A stretch of DNA of 64,000 nt, taken from assembly GCF_006345805.1 (NCBI RefSeq), contig NC_043003.1, forward strand, positions 49,848,001 to 49,912,000, in the 5' to 3' direction. Positions 53,700 to 64,000 of this stretch are shown here, piece by piece. This DNA is from Octopus sinensis (Eukaryota). Below the pieces are notes generated by a model that did not search any database, was not told the origin of the DNA, and saw nothing but the letters and a program-made list of their open reading frames with translations. How positions within the stretch are numbered: the first letter of the stretch is position 1; every line of letters begins with the position of its first letter. The position numbers and the translations under genes were made by a program.

Positions 53700-54610
53700 G
53701 GTGATGATATGGCAGAATCGTTAGCACGCCGTGCAAAATGCTTAGCAGTATTTCGTCTGTCTTTACGTTTTGAGTTCAAATTCCGCCGAGGTTGACTTTG
53801 CCTTTCATCCTTTCGGGGTCGATTAAATAAGTACCAGTTACGCACTGGGTCGATGTAATCGACTTAATCTCTTTGTCTATCCTTGTTTGTCCCCTCTATG
53901 TTTAGCAACTTGTGGGCAATAAAGAAATAAGAATCGTTAGCACGCCGGGCGAAATGGTTAGCTGCATTTTTGAGTCCAAAATCTGCTGAGATCGACTTTG
54001 CCTTTCATGACGCCGGGTGCAATAAAATAAGTACCAGTTCCCATGGAAGGGTTGGTTCATGCCAAAATTTGAAATCAATATTATAATTTGCTGAGCGTCA
54101 TTACGTTCTGCGTTCAATTTCTGCCGAGTTCGACTTTACCTTTCTTCTATTGGGGTTGATATAATAAGTACCAGTTGAGCATTAGGGTTGGTTCAGTCGA
54201 CAAGCCCCTACCCCTACTCACCCACGAAATATTTCAGGGCCGGTGCCTCTAATAGGAAGGAATATTAGTTTCAAATTTTGGTACAAGGACAGCAATTTAG
54301 GGTCAGAGAGTAAGTCGATTACATCAACTCCAGTGAAGAACTGGTACTTATTTTATCAAGATGGAAGGCAAAATAGAGTGTCAGATATAATGGCTGAAAC
54401 ACTTGTCGGAAGGGAGTTCTTCCTCTGAAGATCTCTCCTGCTGTACGCTCACCTTGCGGCGAGTCTCTGTCATTTCTTTTATCACGCTCCGAAAGGATAA
54501 AAGGCAAGGTCGATTTTGGCTCATTTGAACTCAGAACATAAAGATGGATGAAATATCACTAAGTATTTTGCCTGACCTGCTGACGTTTCTGCCACATCGC
54601 CGCCTTAAAT
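53700..54610. mobile_element. Cluster of SINE B copies and fragments in both orientations
   Basis: tttgcctttcatcctttcgggg / gtaccag cores at about 53800, 54000, 54140, 54345 and 54500. Confidence 0.75.
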
Positions 54611-54739
54611 AGAAAGGAATATGATCGTTGTGTTACTTTATGAATTTGTGAATTTTGGGTTAGAGCTATCTTGTGAATTAAAAGGAGTTTAAGGAATTTA
54701 TATGAAGTATTATTTTTTATTTATACGCCCTTTTCAAGC

Positions 54740-55020
54740 CTAGTCAGGTTTATCGGCCCGGTTTCCCGGTTTCTGTGGCGTATGTGTTCCCCCCAGCTGG
54801 ACGAGACGCCAGTTCATCGCAGCGTTACTCAAGAAACAGGAAGAAAGAGTGAAAGTTGGAGCGAAAGAGTACAACAGGGGTCGCTACCACACCCTGCTGG
54901 AGTCTTGTGGAGCTTCTTTAGGTGTTTTCGCTCAATAAACACACACAACGCCGGTCTGGGAATCGAAACCGCGATCCTCCGACCGCGAGTCCGCTGCCCT
55001 AGCCACTGGGCCATAGCCCA
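54740..55020 (-). mobile_element. SINE with C head and V-domain-like body
   Basis: Same head as 29467 and 36491; body gctgcgatgaactggcgtctcgtccagctgggg. Confidence 0.8.
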
Positions 55021-55917
55021 TATATGTAGTATGCATGCGATTAATAAATGGGCGTGGGTGGATGCATGATACCTGTGTTTTGTTTAATTGAAGGTGTGAG
55101 TTGGTGGGCAAATTAAGATTTCATTAATAAACACTGACTGATTCTTAATGATGCTTAATTTAGGTTGTTGCACCGATGATTCTTAATTTAGATTGTTGCG
55201 CCCCTTGGCAACGACCTTAGCTCGTAAGAGGGTGGCAAATGTCAAGAGTGTGTTATAGAGGATGTTTAGGAGAAGGTCGTGATTTTTCTTAGAATTAAAT
55301 ATTTAAACAGAGGGAAAATAGTGAAGACGGAGAGCTTCTTGTAATGCAGAAAAGGAATAAATTTAATTTAATTTAATTTAATTTAATTCGATTTAATAAC
55401 TTCAAATTTATTCTTTTCTCGCATTGCAAGAAGTTTCCATCTTCACTATTTTTCTATTTTAATTCTTGAAAACAATAATTCGATCAAGCGACAACGCTCT
55501 TCTATCAAAACAGGCTCATTAGGGGACCAAATTAAATGCCTCGCAGTATATTTGTTCTGATTCACTGCGATCGGAGTTCAGTTCCCACTGATGTCAGTTT
55601 GTTTTTATCGTTTTGGGGTCAATAAAGGCGACGAACTGGTAGAATCATTAGCACACCGGGAAAAATGCTTAGCGGCATTTCGTTCGTCTTTAGGTTCTGC
55701 GTTCAAATTCAGCCGAGGTCGACTTTGCATTTCATCCTTTCGGAGTCGATAAAATAAGTACCAGCTGAGCACTAGAGGCCGATGTAGTCCACTTACCCAC
55801 TCCCCTGAAGTTGCTGGCCTTGTGTCAAAATTTGACCGGTAGGTTGGCAGAATCGTTAAAGACAATGGATGTCCAAAATTTAACTCCCAAACTTCTTTAG
55901 AGATTTCCGTAAAAATT

Positions 55918-56058
<141 letters not shown>

Positions 56059-56151
56059 GAAACGTACTGGGGTCGCTTTGTTCGACTGAACCATTCTAAG
56101 TCGGTGCCCCAGCATGGCCACTGTCCAGTAGATAAAAGATCACAAAATTAC

Positions 56152-56311
56152 GGCAAAGAGATTGGTTTCTTGCGACAAGTAAAGAAGCTACTTCAAAAAT
56201 CTCTATAAGAGATGCAAGTAGTAACTCTACTGAATGGGAGTTGTTCGCTTCGTTGTTTGCAAATAACGGACACAGATATTGTGTCGTTAACCAGCTGAAG
56301 ACGGTGTCCTC
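56152..56311 (-). CDS. Weak candidate coding exon of an unidentified gene
   Basis: Polypyrimidine tract + cag acceptor; open frame EDTVFSWLTTQYLCPLFANNEANNSHSVELLLASLIEIFEVASLLVARNQSLC; weak donor C|gtaatt; not repeat-like; protein not recognised. Confidence 0.25.
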
Positions 56312-57559
56312 CTGAGGTTAAAAAAAGAGTAGTAAAATTGTTCTCTACGGAACAACCGTTACTTTTCAGATTAGTTTCTGTTTGATTAAAATAATCCATA
56401 ATTTGGGGATGAGTGAGGTAGGACAAAACATGCGGAGCGGGTGTTTATAAGATGGCATTCATCGAAAGCGAGTTATTGAAAGTTATGAACAACCGATTTA
56501 GAAGGAGAATGTTATTTTAAGGTTGGTCATGGGATAATGCTGTGTTGTTCAAGAATGGAAAAGAAACTGGAATCTTATTCGGGGCGACAGAGAGGCAGGA
56601 AAAAATTCGTGTATGTGTCTGCATATGAGTGTATCTTTGTGTTAAGGGATATGTATGTATATATGTGTGCGAATGAATAGTATCTATTTTTAAAAAGGAA
56701 CATTGTAACATGCCGTTAAATAGAGAGGTGTGTGTATGTATGCATATACATACGTGGGTGCGTGTTTTAATTAAGGAAGAGATCTGGGTGTTTATGATAA
56801 TGTTTAACTGGTAAATTATTTATTTCATGCGATAATGGCAATTAATTGTGAATTAACAACGTGGGAATAGGTAGGCAAGTCTTTTATTTATTTATATATT
56901 ATGTTACAGTTGATATTTAAGCGGGCGGAGCGAATGTGTTGTTTATATTTAAACGCTCTGGCTATTATTAATTATAACGAACTTAGAGTGGATTAAATAA
57001 ACACGCAAGAACGTGGATAAAAATTATTGTCAGATCACTTCCTTGTAAAAGGAAGAAGAAGGCCAGTGAGGAAGAAATATTGTAGTGTATGTTTCCCTAA
57101 GATCTTATGGATTCCTTTATATTCAATCCATTTTATGATTGTACTAAACTAACACAATCACGGGTGGCCAATTGGCAGAGCCTTTAGAACGCCGGATAGA
57201 CTGTTGCACATTTGACTCACGTCGCTATATGTTCAAATCCTATCGAGGACTTTTCGTCCTCCTAAAGGTTGATAAGTAGTAAGTTCGATTCGTCTAAATT
57301 TTCTTTCTTACTTTCTGTCTATCACTGGAAGAAATCGGCTGTACTCAAACTTGGAGAGGATTAGGCTTGTTCTGATTTAACTAAGATACGCAGTATTTCC
57401 CGGTCGCACAATCATGATTCCATTCGATCAGAAGTTGAATAGCTAAAGCAAGATAATGCACTCAGCTTTTTACTGGCATCTGTAGAAGATGAAGTTTATT
57501 ATTTAAAGATTAATGGAAGCTAGTGGTGAAGTAAAAGTTTCAAAAGTGTCTAAGTTGAG

Positions 57560-59238
57560 TATCTGGATTCTTTTTTATACTCTAGGTACAAGGCCCGGAA
57601 TTTGGAGGCAGGGAACCAGTCAATTAGATCGACCTCACTACGCGACTGGTACTTAATTTATCGACCCCGAAAGGATGAAAAGCAAAGTCGACCTCGGTGG
57701 AATTTGAACTCAGAACATAAAGACAGACGAAATACCTATTTCTTTACTACCCACAAGGGGCTAAACAGAGCGGACAAACAAGGACAGACAAACGGATTAA
57801 ATCGATTATATCGACTCCAGTGTGTAACTGGTACTTATTTAATCGACCCCGAAAGGATGAAAGGCAAAGTCGACTTCGGCGGAATTTGAACTCAGAACGT
57901 AGCGGTAGACGAAATACCTATTTCTTTACAACTCACAAGGGGCTAAACACAGAGGAGACAAATAAGGACAGACAGACGGATTAAGTCGATTATATCGACC
58001 CCAGTGCGTAACTGGTATTTATTTAATCGACCCAGAAAGGATGAAAGGCAAAGTCGACCTCGGCAGAATTTGAACTCAGAACGTAGCGGCAGACGAAATA
58101 CCGCTAAGCATTTCGCCAGGTGTGCTACCGATTCTGTCAGCTCGCCGCCTTTGGGGGTCTGTATTGTTAGATTAAAATCAGTCTTTTGAGGATTAATTGG
58201 AAAAGAAAATTAATTGTTTAGCTACATGATGGTGTAGATTAATATTTGGTTTCACAAGAAATAAGTTGTTAATGAAAAGGTGTTATTTTAATAATGCTTG
58301 CTCTGATTATCTGGATTCTTTTTTATACTCTAGATACAAGGCCCGGAATTTGGAGGCAGGGAACCAGTCGATTAGATCGACCTCACTACGCAACTGATAC
58401 TTAATTTATCGACCCCGAAAGGATGAAATGCAAAGTCGACCTCGGTGGAATTTGAACTCAGAACGTAAAGACAGACGAAATACCTATTTATTTACTACCC
58501 ACAAGGGGCTAAACAGGGCGGACAAACAAGGACAGACAAACGGATTAAGTCAATTATATCGACCCCAGTGTGTAACAGGTACTTATTTAATCGACCCCGA
58601 AAGGATGAAAGGCAAAATCGACCTCGGCGGAATTTGAACTCAGAACGTAACGGTAGACGAAATACCTATTTCTTTACAACTCACAAGGGGCTAAACACAG
58701 AGGAGACAAATAAGGACAGACAAACGGATTAAGTCGATTATATCGACCCCAGTTCGTAACTGGTATTTATTTAATCGACCCCGAAAGGATGAAAGGCAAA
58801 GTCGACCTCGGCGGAATTTGAACTCAGAACGTAGCGGCAGACGAAATACCTATTTCTTTATTACCCACAGGGGGCTAAACACAGAGGGGACAAACAAGGA
58901 CAGACATAGGTATTAAGTCGATTACGTCGACCCCAGTGCGTAACTGGTACTTATTTAATCGACCCCGAAAGGATGAAAGGCAAAGTCGACCTCGGCGGAA
59001 TTTGAACTCAGAACGTAACGGCAGACGAAATACCGCTAAGCATTTCGCCAGGTGTGCTAACGATTCTGTCAGCTCGCCGCCTTTGAGGGTCTGTATTGTT
59101 AGATGAAAATCAGTCTTTTGATGATTAATTGGAAAAGAAATTGAATTGTTTAGCTACATGATGGTGTAGATTAATATTTGGTTTCACAAGAAATAAATTT
59201 GTCAATGAAAAGGTGTTATTTTAATAATGCTTGCTCTG
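57560..59238 (-). repeat. Tandem duplication (746 bp and 931 bp) containing head-to-tail SINE B concatemers of about 183-bp period
   Basis: Blocks start tatctggattc at 57560 and 58308; internal junctions gaaatacc|tattt at 57737, 57919, 58485, 58667 and 58851. Confidence 0.95.
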
Positions 59239-59856
59239 GCTTTGCATTTAGTTAAAATAAAAAATTATTTAGGGGCATACATAAACGTTTTATATATATT
59301 TTTTTCGGTGAGAAAATTATCTAAATGTGTCTCTATCTTTATCTTCTTATGTATGAAATGCTTCTTATAAAGAAGAGGATGATGCAATAAAGGATTAAGA
59401 CATGAATTAAATCCATTAACGAAGAGCACTTATTTACAATAACAGAGGGAGGAGGTCACAGCAAACCAAAAGTAAAAATTACGTGACTATAGAAAGAAAA
59501 GAAATGCTAAAGCCATCAAAATATGAAGTTGTGTATACTACGTCGTTGTTCACACATGTTTCTGTTTGCTTAGTAACGTATACAGCAAAGTTGTGTTATA
59601 GTTTTAGTTCTACAGTTACACTTGCCGTAATATGATGGTATAAAAAATGCCCAAGCATATTAGACACACCCCAATATCGGCAGCACATATTCAGGTTGAA
59701 AAATGTTTTTAGTGCATTCAGGGACAAAATTAGCTAACAGGAAGTTACACAGTGCATATGGGGACCAGGGTGACATTTCGAGACATATTTTGGAAAAGCA
59801 GGAGCATTTTGTCTACTATTAATACGGTGATAAAAGTCTGTAGATAAAGTTTGTAG

Positions 59857-60025
59857 GCAAAGGCGTGGCTGTGTGGTAAGAAGTTTATTTCCAAACCACA
59901 CGTCCCGGATTCAGACCCACAGCCTGGCGCCTTGAGCAAGTGTCTTCTATTATAGTCTCGGGCCGACCAAACCCTTGGGAATAGATTTGGTTGACAGAAA
60001 CTGAAAGAAGTTCGTCATGTATGTA

Positions 60026-60058
<33 letters not shown>

Positions 60059-60520
60059 TGCTATTATGTTAATTGTCGTATGTCCAAATTTGGAAAAATG
60101 CGTTTTTTTTTCAATATTCATTTTTGATTGCAATACCTGGTTCTTTTGGTTAAACTGTCGTATCTCCAGCTGCTTTAGATGCCAAAATATCAAAATTTGT
60201 CGAAATGTAGTACAACGGTTTTGTTATCGAATGGTGAAACTATTTCTTCGCTTTCTGTAAAAGCAAAATTTTGAACTTACGACACATTTGCATAATAGCA
60301 ACGATATATACATATGTGTGTGTGTTTGTTCCTCACCACCGCTTAACCACCGGTGTTGGTTTTATTACGTCTCCATAATTAGCGGTTCGGTAAAGGAGGC
60401 AAATAGTATAAGTTCCAGGCTTTAAAAAAAAGGTACTGGTATCGATTCATTCGACTAAAAACTCTTCAAGACGGTGCCACAGCATGGCCGCAGTCTAATG
60501 ACTGAAACAAATAAATGATA
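59857..60520 (+). mobile_element. SINE A split by an insertion (about 60055-60300)
   Basis: Head and centre 59857-60020, tail 60315-60520. Confidence 0.7.
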
Positions 60521-60564
60521 AAAGATAAAAGATATATATATATACATATATATATATACACACA

Positions 60565-60621
60565 TATATATATATATACATATATCGTGGCACTCCGTCG
60601 GTTACGACGACGAGGGTTACA

Positions 60622-60684
<63 letters not shown>

Positions 60685-61249
60685 TATATATACATATATC
60701 GTGGCACTCCGTCGGTTACGACGACGAGGGTTACAGTCTATATATATATATACACATATACATACATATAGCCATATTTGTTGTGACTTATCTTAAGTTC
60801 CATGGTACATAGCAAAATCATCTCTAACCTCTACACGTCAAACTTGTACCATTAGCCGTCTGCATCGCGTGTCAAGGCCATGTTATTTAAAATCACATGC
60901 AGCGTTCAGTGCATTTAATTTCAAATCACATTTCCAGCACGCTTGGTCTAGCTATCCATAACAAATTTAATTCTGTCATCCATCCAAAAGACGATACACA
61001 AATCATTACCCTGTGTGACTGCAATTATTCTCTATTCATTGCCTGCTTACATCTGACATGCATCTGGACATCGGATGTACATGTAATATGCTTTGCAATT
61101 TCTTCATATTCATGGAGAAATATCTGTCTCTACCCGAAAATGTCTAGTATCTCTAGAATGTAAAAAAAAGTAAAAGGTGAAGTAATACAAGCGGGTGCAC
61201 ACATACACACGCATGCTCACAGAAGGATACACGCTATCTATCTATCCAA

Positions 61250-61282
<33 letters not shown>

Positions 61283-61299
61283 ATCTATCTATCTATCTA

Positions 61300-61331
<32 letters not shown>

Positions 61332-61611
61332 TCATACATACATTTTTATATCTCTTAGGCATAGCGATACTAAAACTAGATGTTATATACTTATGCTTTA
61401 AAATGAAACCTTTGGCGAGAACATGATTCCGAGTTCAGTCCTACTGCGTGGCATCTTGGGCAATTGTCTTCCACTATAGCCTCAGGCAAAAGCATTGCTA
61501 GTGGACTTAGTAGACAGAAACTATTAGAAGCCCGTCGTATGTGTGTGTTGTGTGTTGTGTGCATGTGTGTGTATATCCAACCACGTGGTTTCACATACCA
61601 ACTCTCACACC

Positions 61612-61655
<44 letters not shown>

Positions 61656-61658
61656 ATC

Positions 61659-61690
<32 letters not shown>

Positions 61691-62177
61691 TACATATAGC
61701 CATATTTGTTGTGACTTATCTTAAGTTCCATGGTACATAGCAAAATCATCTAACCTCTACACGTCAAACTTGTACCATTAGCCGTCTGCATCGCGTGTCA
61801 AGGCCATGTTATTTAAAATCACATGCAGCGTTCAGTGCATTTAATTTCAAATCACATTTCCAGCACGCTTGGTCTAGCTAATCCATAACAAATTTAATTC
61901 TGTCATCCATCCAAAAGACGATACACAAATCATTACCCTGTTGTGACTGCAATTATTCTCTATTCATTGCCTGCTTACATCTGACATGCATCTGGACATC
62001 GGATGTACATGTAATATGCTTTGCAATTTCTTCATATTCATGGAGAAATATCTGTCTCTACCCGAAAATGTCTAGTATCTCTAGAATGTAAAAAAAAGTA
62101 AAAGGTGAAGTAATACAAGCGGGTGCACACATACACACGCATGCTCACAGAAGGATACACGCTATCTATCTATCCAA

Positions 62178-62261
<84 letters not shown>

Positions 62262-62547
62262 TCATACATACATTTTTATATCTCTTAGGCATAGCGATAC
62301 TAAAACTAGATGTTATATACTTATGCTTTAAAATGAAACCTTTGGCGAGAACATGATTCCGAGTTCAGTCCTACTGCGTGGCATCTTGGGCAATTGTCTT
62401 CCACTATAGCCTCAGGCAAAAGCATTGCTAGTGGACTTAGTAGACAGAAACTATTAGAAGCCCGTCGTATGTGTGTGTGTGTGTTTGTGTGCATGTGTGT
62501 GTATATCCAACCACGTGGTTTCACATACCAACTCTCACACCTATATG

Positions 62548-62578
<31 letters not shown>

Positions 62579-62589
62579 TTATATATATA

Positions 62590-62620
<31 letters not shown>
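60565..62620. repeat. Near-identical tandem duplications: about 110 bp x2 (60565-60750) and about 928 bp x2 (60755-62620)
   Basis: gccatatttg at 60771 and 61699; differences almost limited to microsatellite length and single indels. Confidence 0.95.
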
Positions 62621-62630
<10 letters not shown>

Positions 62631-62643
62631 ATATATATAATAT

Positions 62644-62696
<53 letters not shown>

Positions 62697-62949
62697 ATCC
62701 AAGGAAAAAAACAATTTCCTTCAAAGAGATGGAAAACATCTAATTTTCATCGGTACTTCAGTCGAATACCACAATATAGTAGAGAAAAAATCCGAACTTA
62801 AAATGGTATAATTTCAGTATATAAATATTAAAGGAAATAGAGAAATACAATTGACATATTAAAAATTTATTAACATTATAATATAATATAATATGATTAT
62901 GCTATAAAATGATATGATATAATATAACAAATAAATTTATTAAATATAC

Positions 62950-63027
62950 ATCTCACAATTTGTTTCGAGACATATCCACTGATGAATTTATAAAAATTCA
63001 CGTTTATGAATATGAGTCTCGTCAGGG
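62950..63027 (-). ncRNA. Decayed hammerhead-like motif with long stem II
   Basis: CTGACGA-GA..CATATTC-[hairpin]-GGATATG..TC-GAAAC-AAATT-GTG; the cleavage triplet is GUG (non-cleavable) and stem I is poor. Confidence 0.45.
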
Positions 63028-64000
63028 TAATATTTGTCTAACAAATAGTCAAAAGTTTCATGCAAAGACTGCTAAATCATAAAATAGACTGATTTAAAAT
63101 ATAACTATGTTTACAAGCGTTAATAATTTAAAAATATAATAGATATAATAAAAACAAAACAAAATTCAAATATAGAAAATAAATTAAATAAACAAAACAA
63201 TTACAACGGTCATAAAATGTTCATATGCATCTTTAACAATATTAATCTAAAATAATCACTGATCATTTTTATTATATAATAAAATCCATATAATATTCTA
63301 AGAATTTATGGTGGAGTAGGAAATATATTTTATTTAAAATTTCTATATACTATGATGAAAAATAAATACGGATATATTTTATCCAGATACTAAATTCATT
63401 AAAAAAGCATTTAATAAACGATTCATTAATTCAAGAGTTTCTTCTAAATACGCCAAAGTTAAACAAATGTATAAAGATGCGATTATTATAAACTATACTA
63501 TTTCTTACATAAAAACAATAATGATATATAGATAAATTATCAGAATTTTACTTAATTTTGCAGAAGGAAATAAATTAGAGTGAACCAATAGTTTTATGAT
63601 TCTATAATTTTTATGTGCATACAAGTTCGAAAGAATATAATATGATACTAAATATCATTGGGTCTACAAGAAATATTCATATATGCATAATTATTAAATA
63701 TATATATATATAATTATATTTAAAAATTATTTTAATCTATTTATGTGTGCTAATATAAACATTATTCTTAGTAAATAACAAGTAAAAAACACAAATTTAC
63801 TTAGTTTATCAGAGGAAAATACCACTGTAAATCAATGTTTATATAAGTATATATTCATTCGTGTATAAATATATAAACATGTAAAAATACATACGCAATG
63901 TTTATAATGAGTCGAAACAAATTGTAGGATACATATTGGTTTTAAACATTTGTTACATTATATTATATTATAGTATATCATATTATATCCGTTTATAGTA

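Noticed and set aside
57305-57485. Good-looking minus-strand acceptor (cttctacag) and donor (AAA|gtaaga)
   Set aside because: All three frames between them contain stops

Overview
AT-rich, repeat-saturated eukaryotic DNA, most likely an intron or intergenic stretch of an octopus-like cephalopod genome. The organism is an inference from the tRNA-derived SINE families and the very high microsatellite load. I find no confident host gene (one weak candidate exon), no real tRNA or rRNA gene and no CRISPR array. Nearly all ORFs in the supplied track are microsatellite or SINE artefacts. The window is a layered archive of mobile elements. There are at least four tRNA-SINE head types with interchangeable bodies and tails. 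There are decayed non-LTR retrotransposons (RLE-type, RTE, and Penelope-like with GIY-YIG) and decayed DNA transposons (an IS630/Tc1-like element with a nested Tigger, DD37D/maT, piggyBac, hAT-Buster, several MITEs, Helitron-like elements). The most striking signal is a young, non-coding 534-bp unit at 22574-23694. It carries an apparently intact type I hammerhead ribozyme with an unusually long stem II, and sits as an inverted plus partly tandem repeat inside a (TA)n tract. Several other hammerhead-like motifs are scattered through the window, one inside a perfect 93-bp palindrome. Together they suggest several families of ribozyme-bearing, (TA)n-associated Penelope-type or retrozyme-like elements. 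All alignments, translations and folds were done by eye, so boundaries of decayed elements are approximate.
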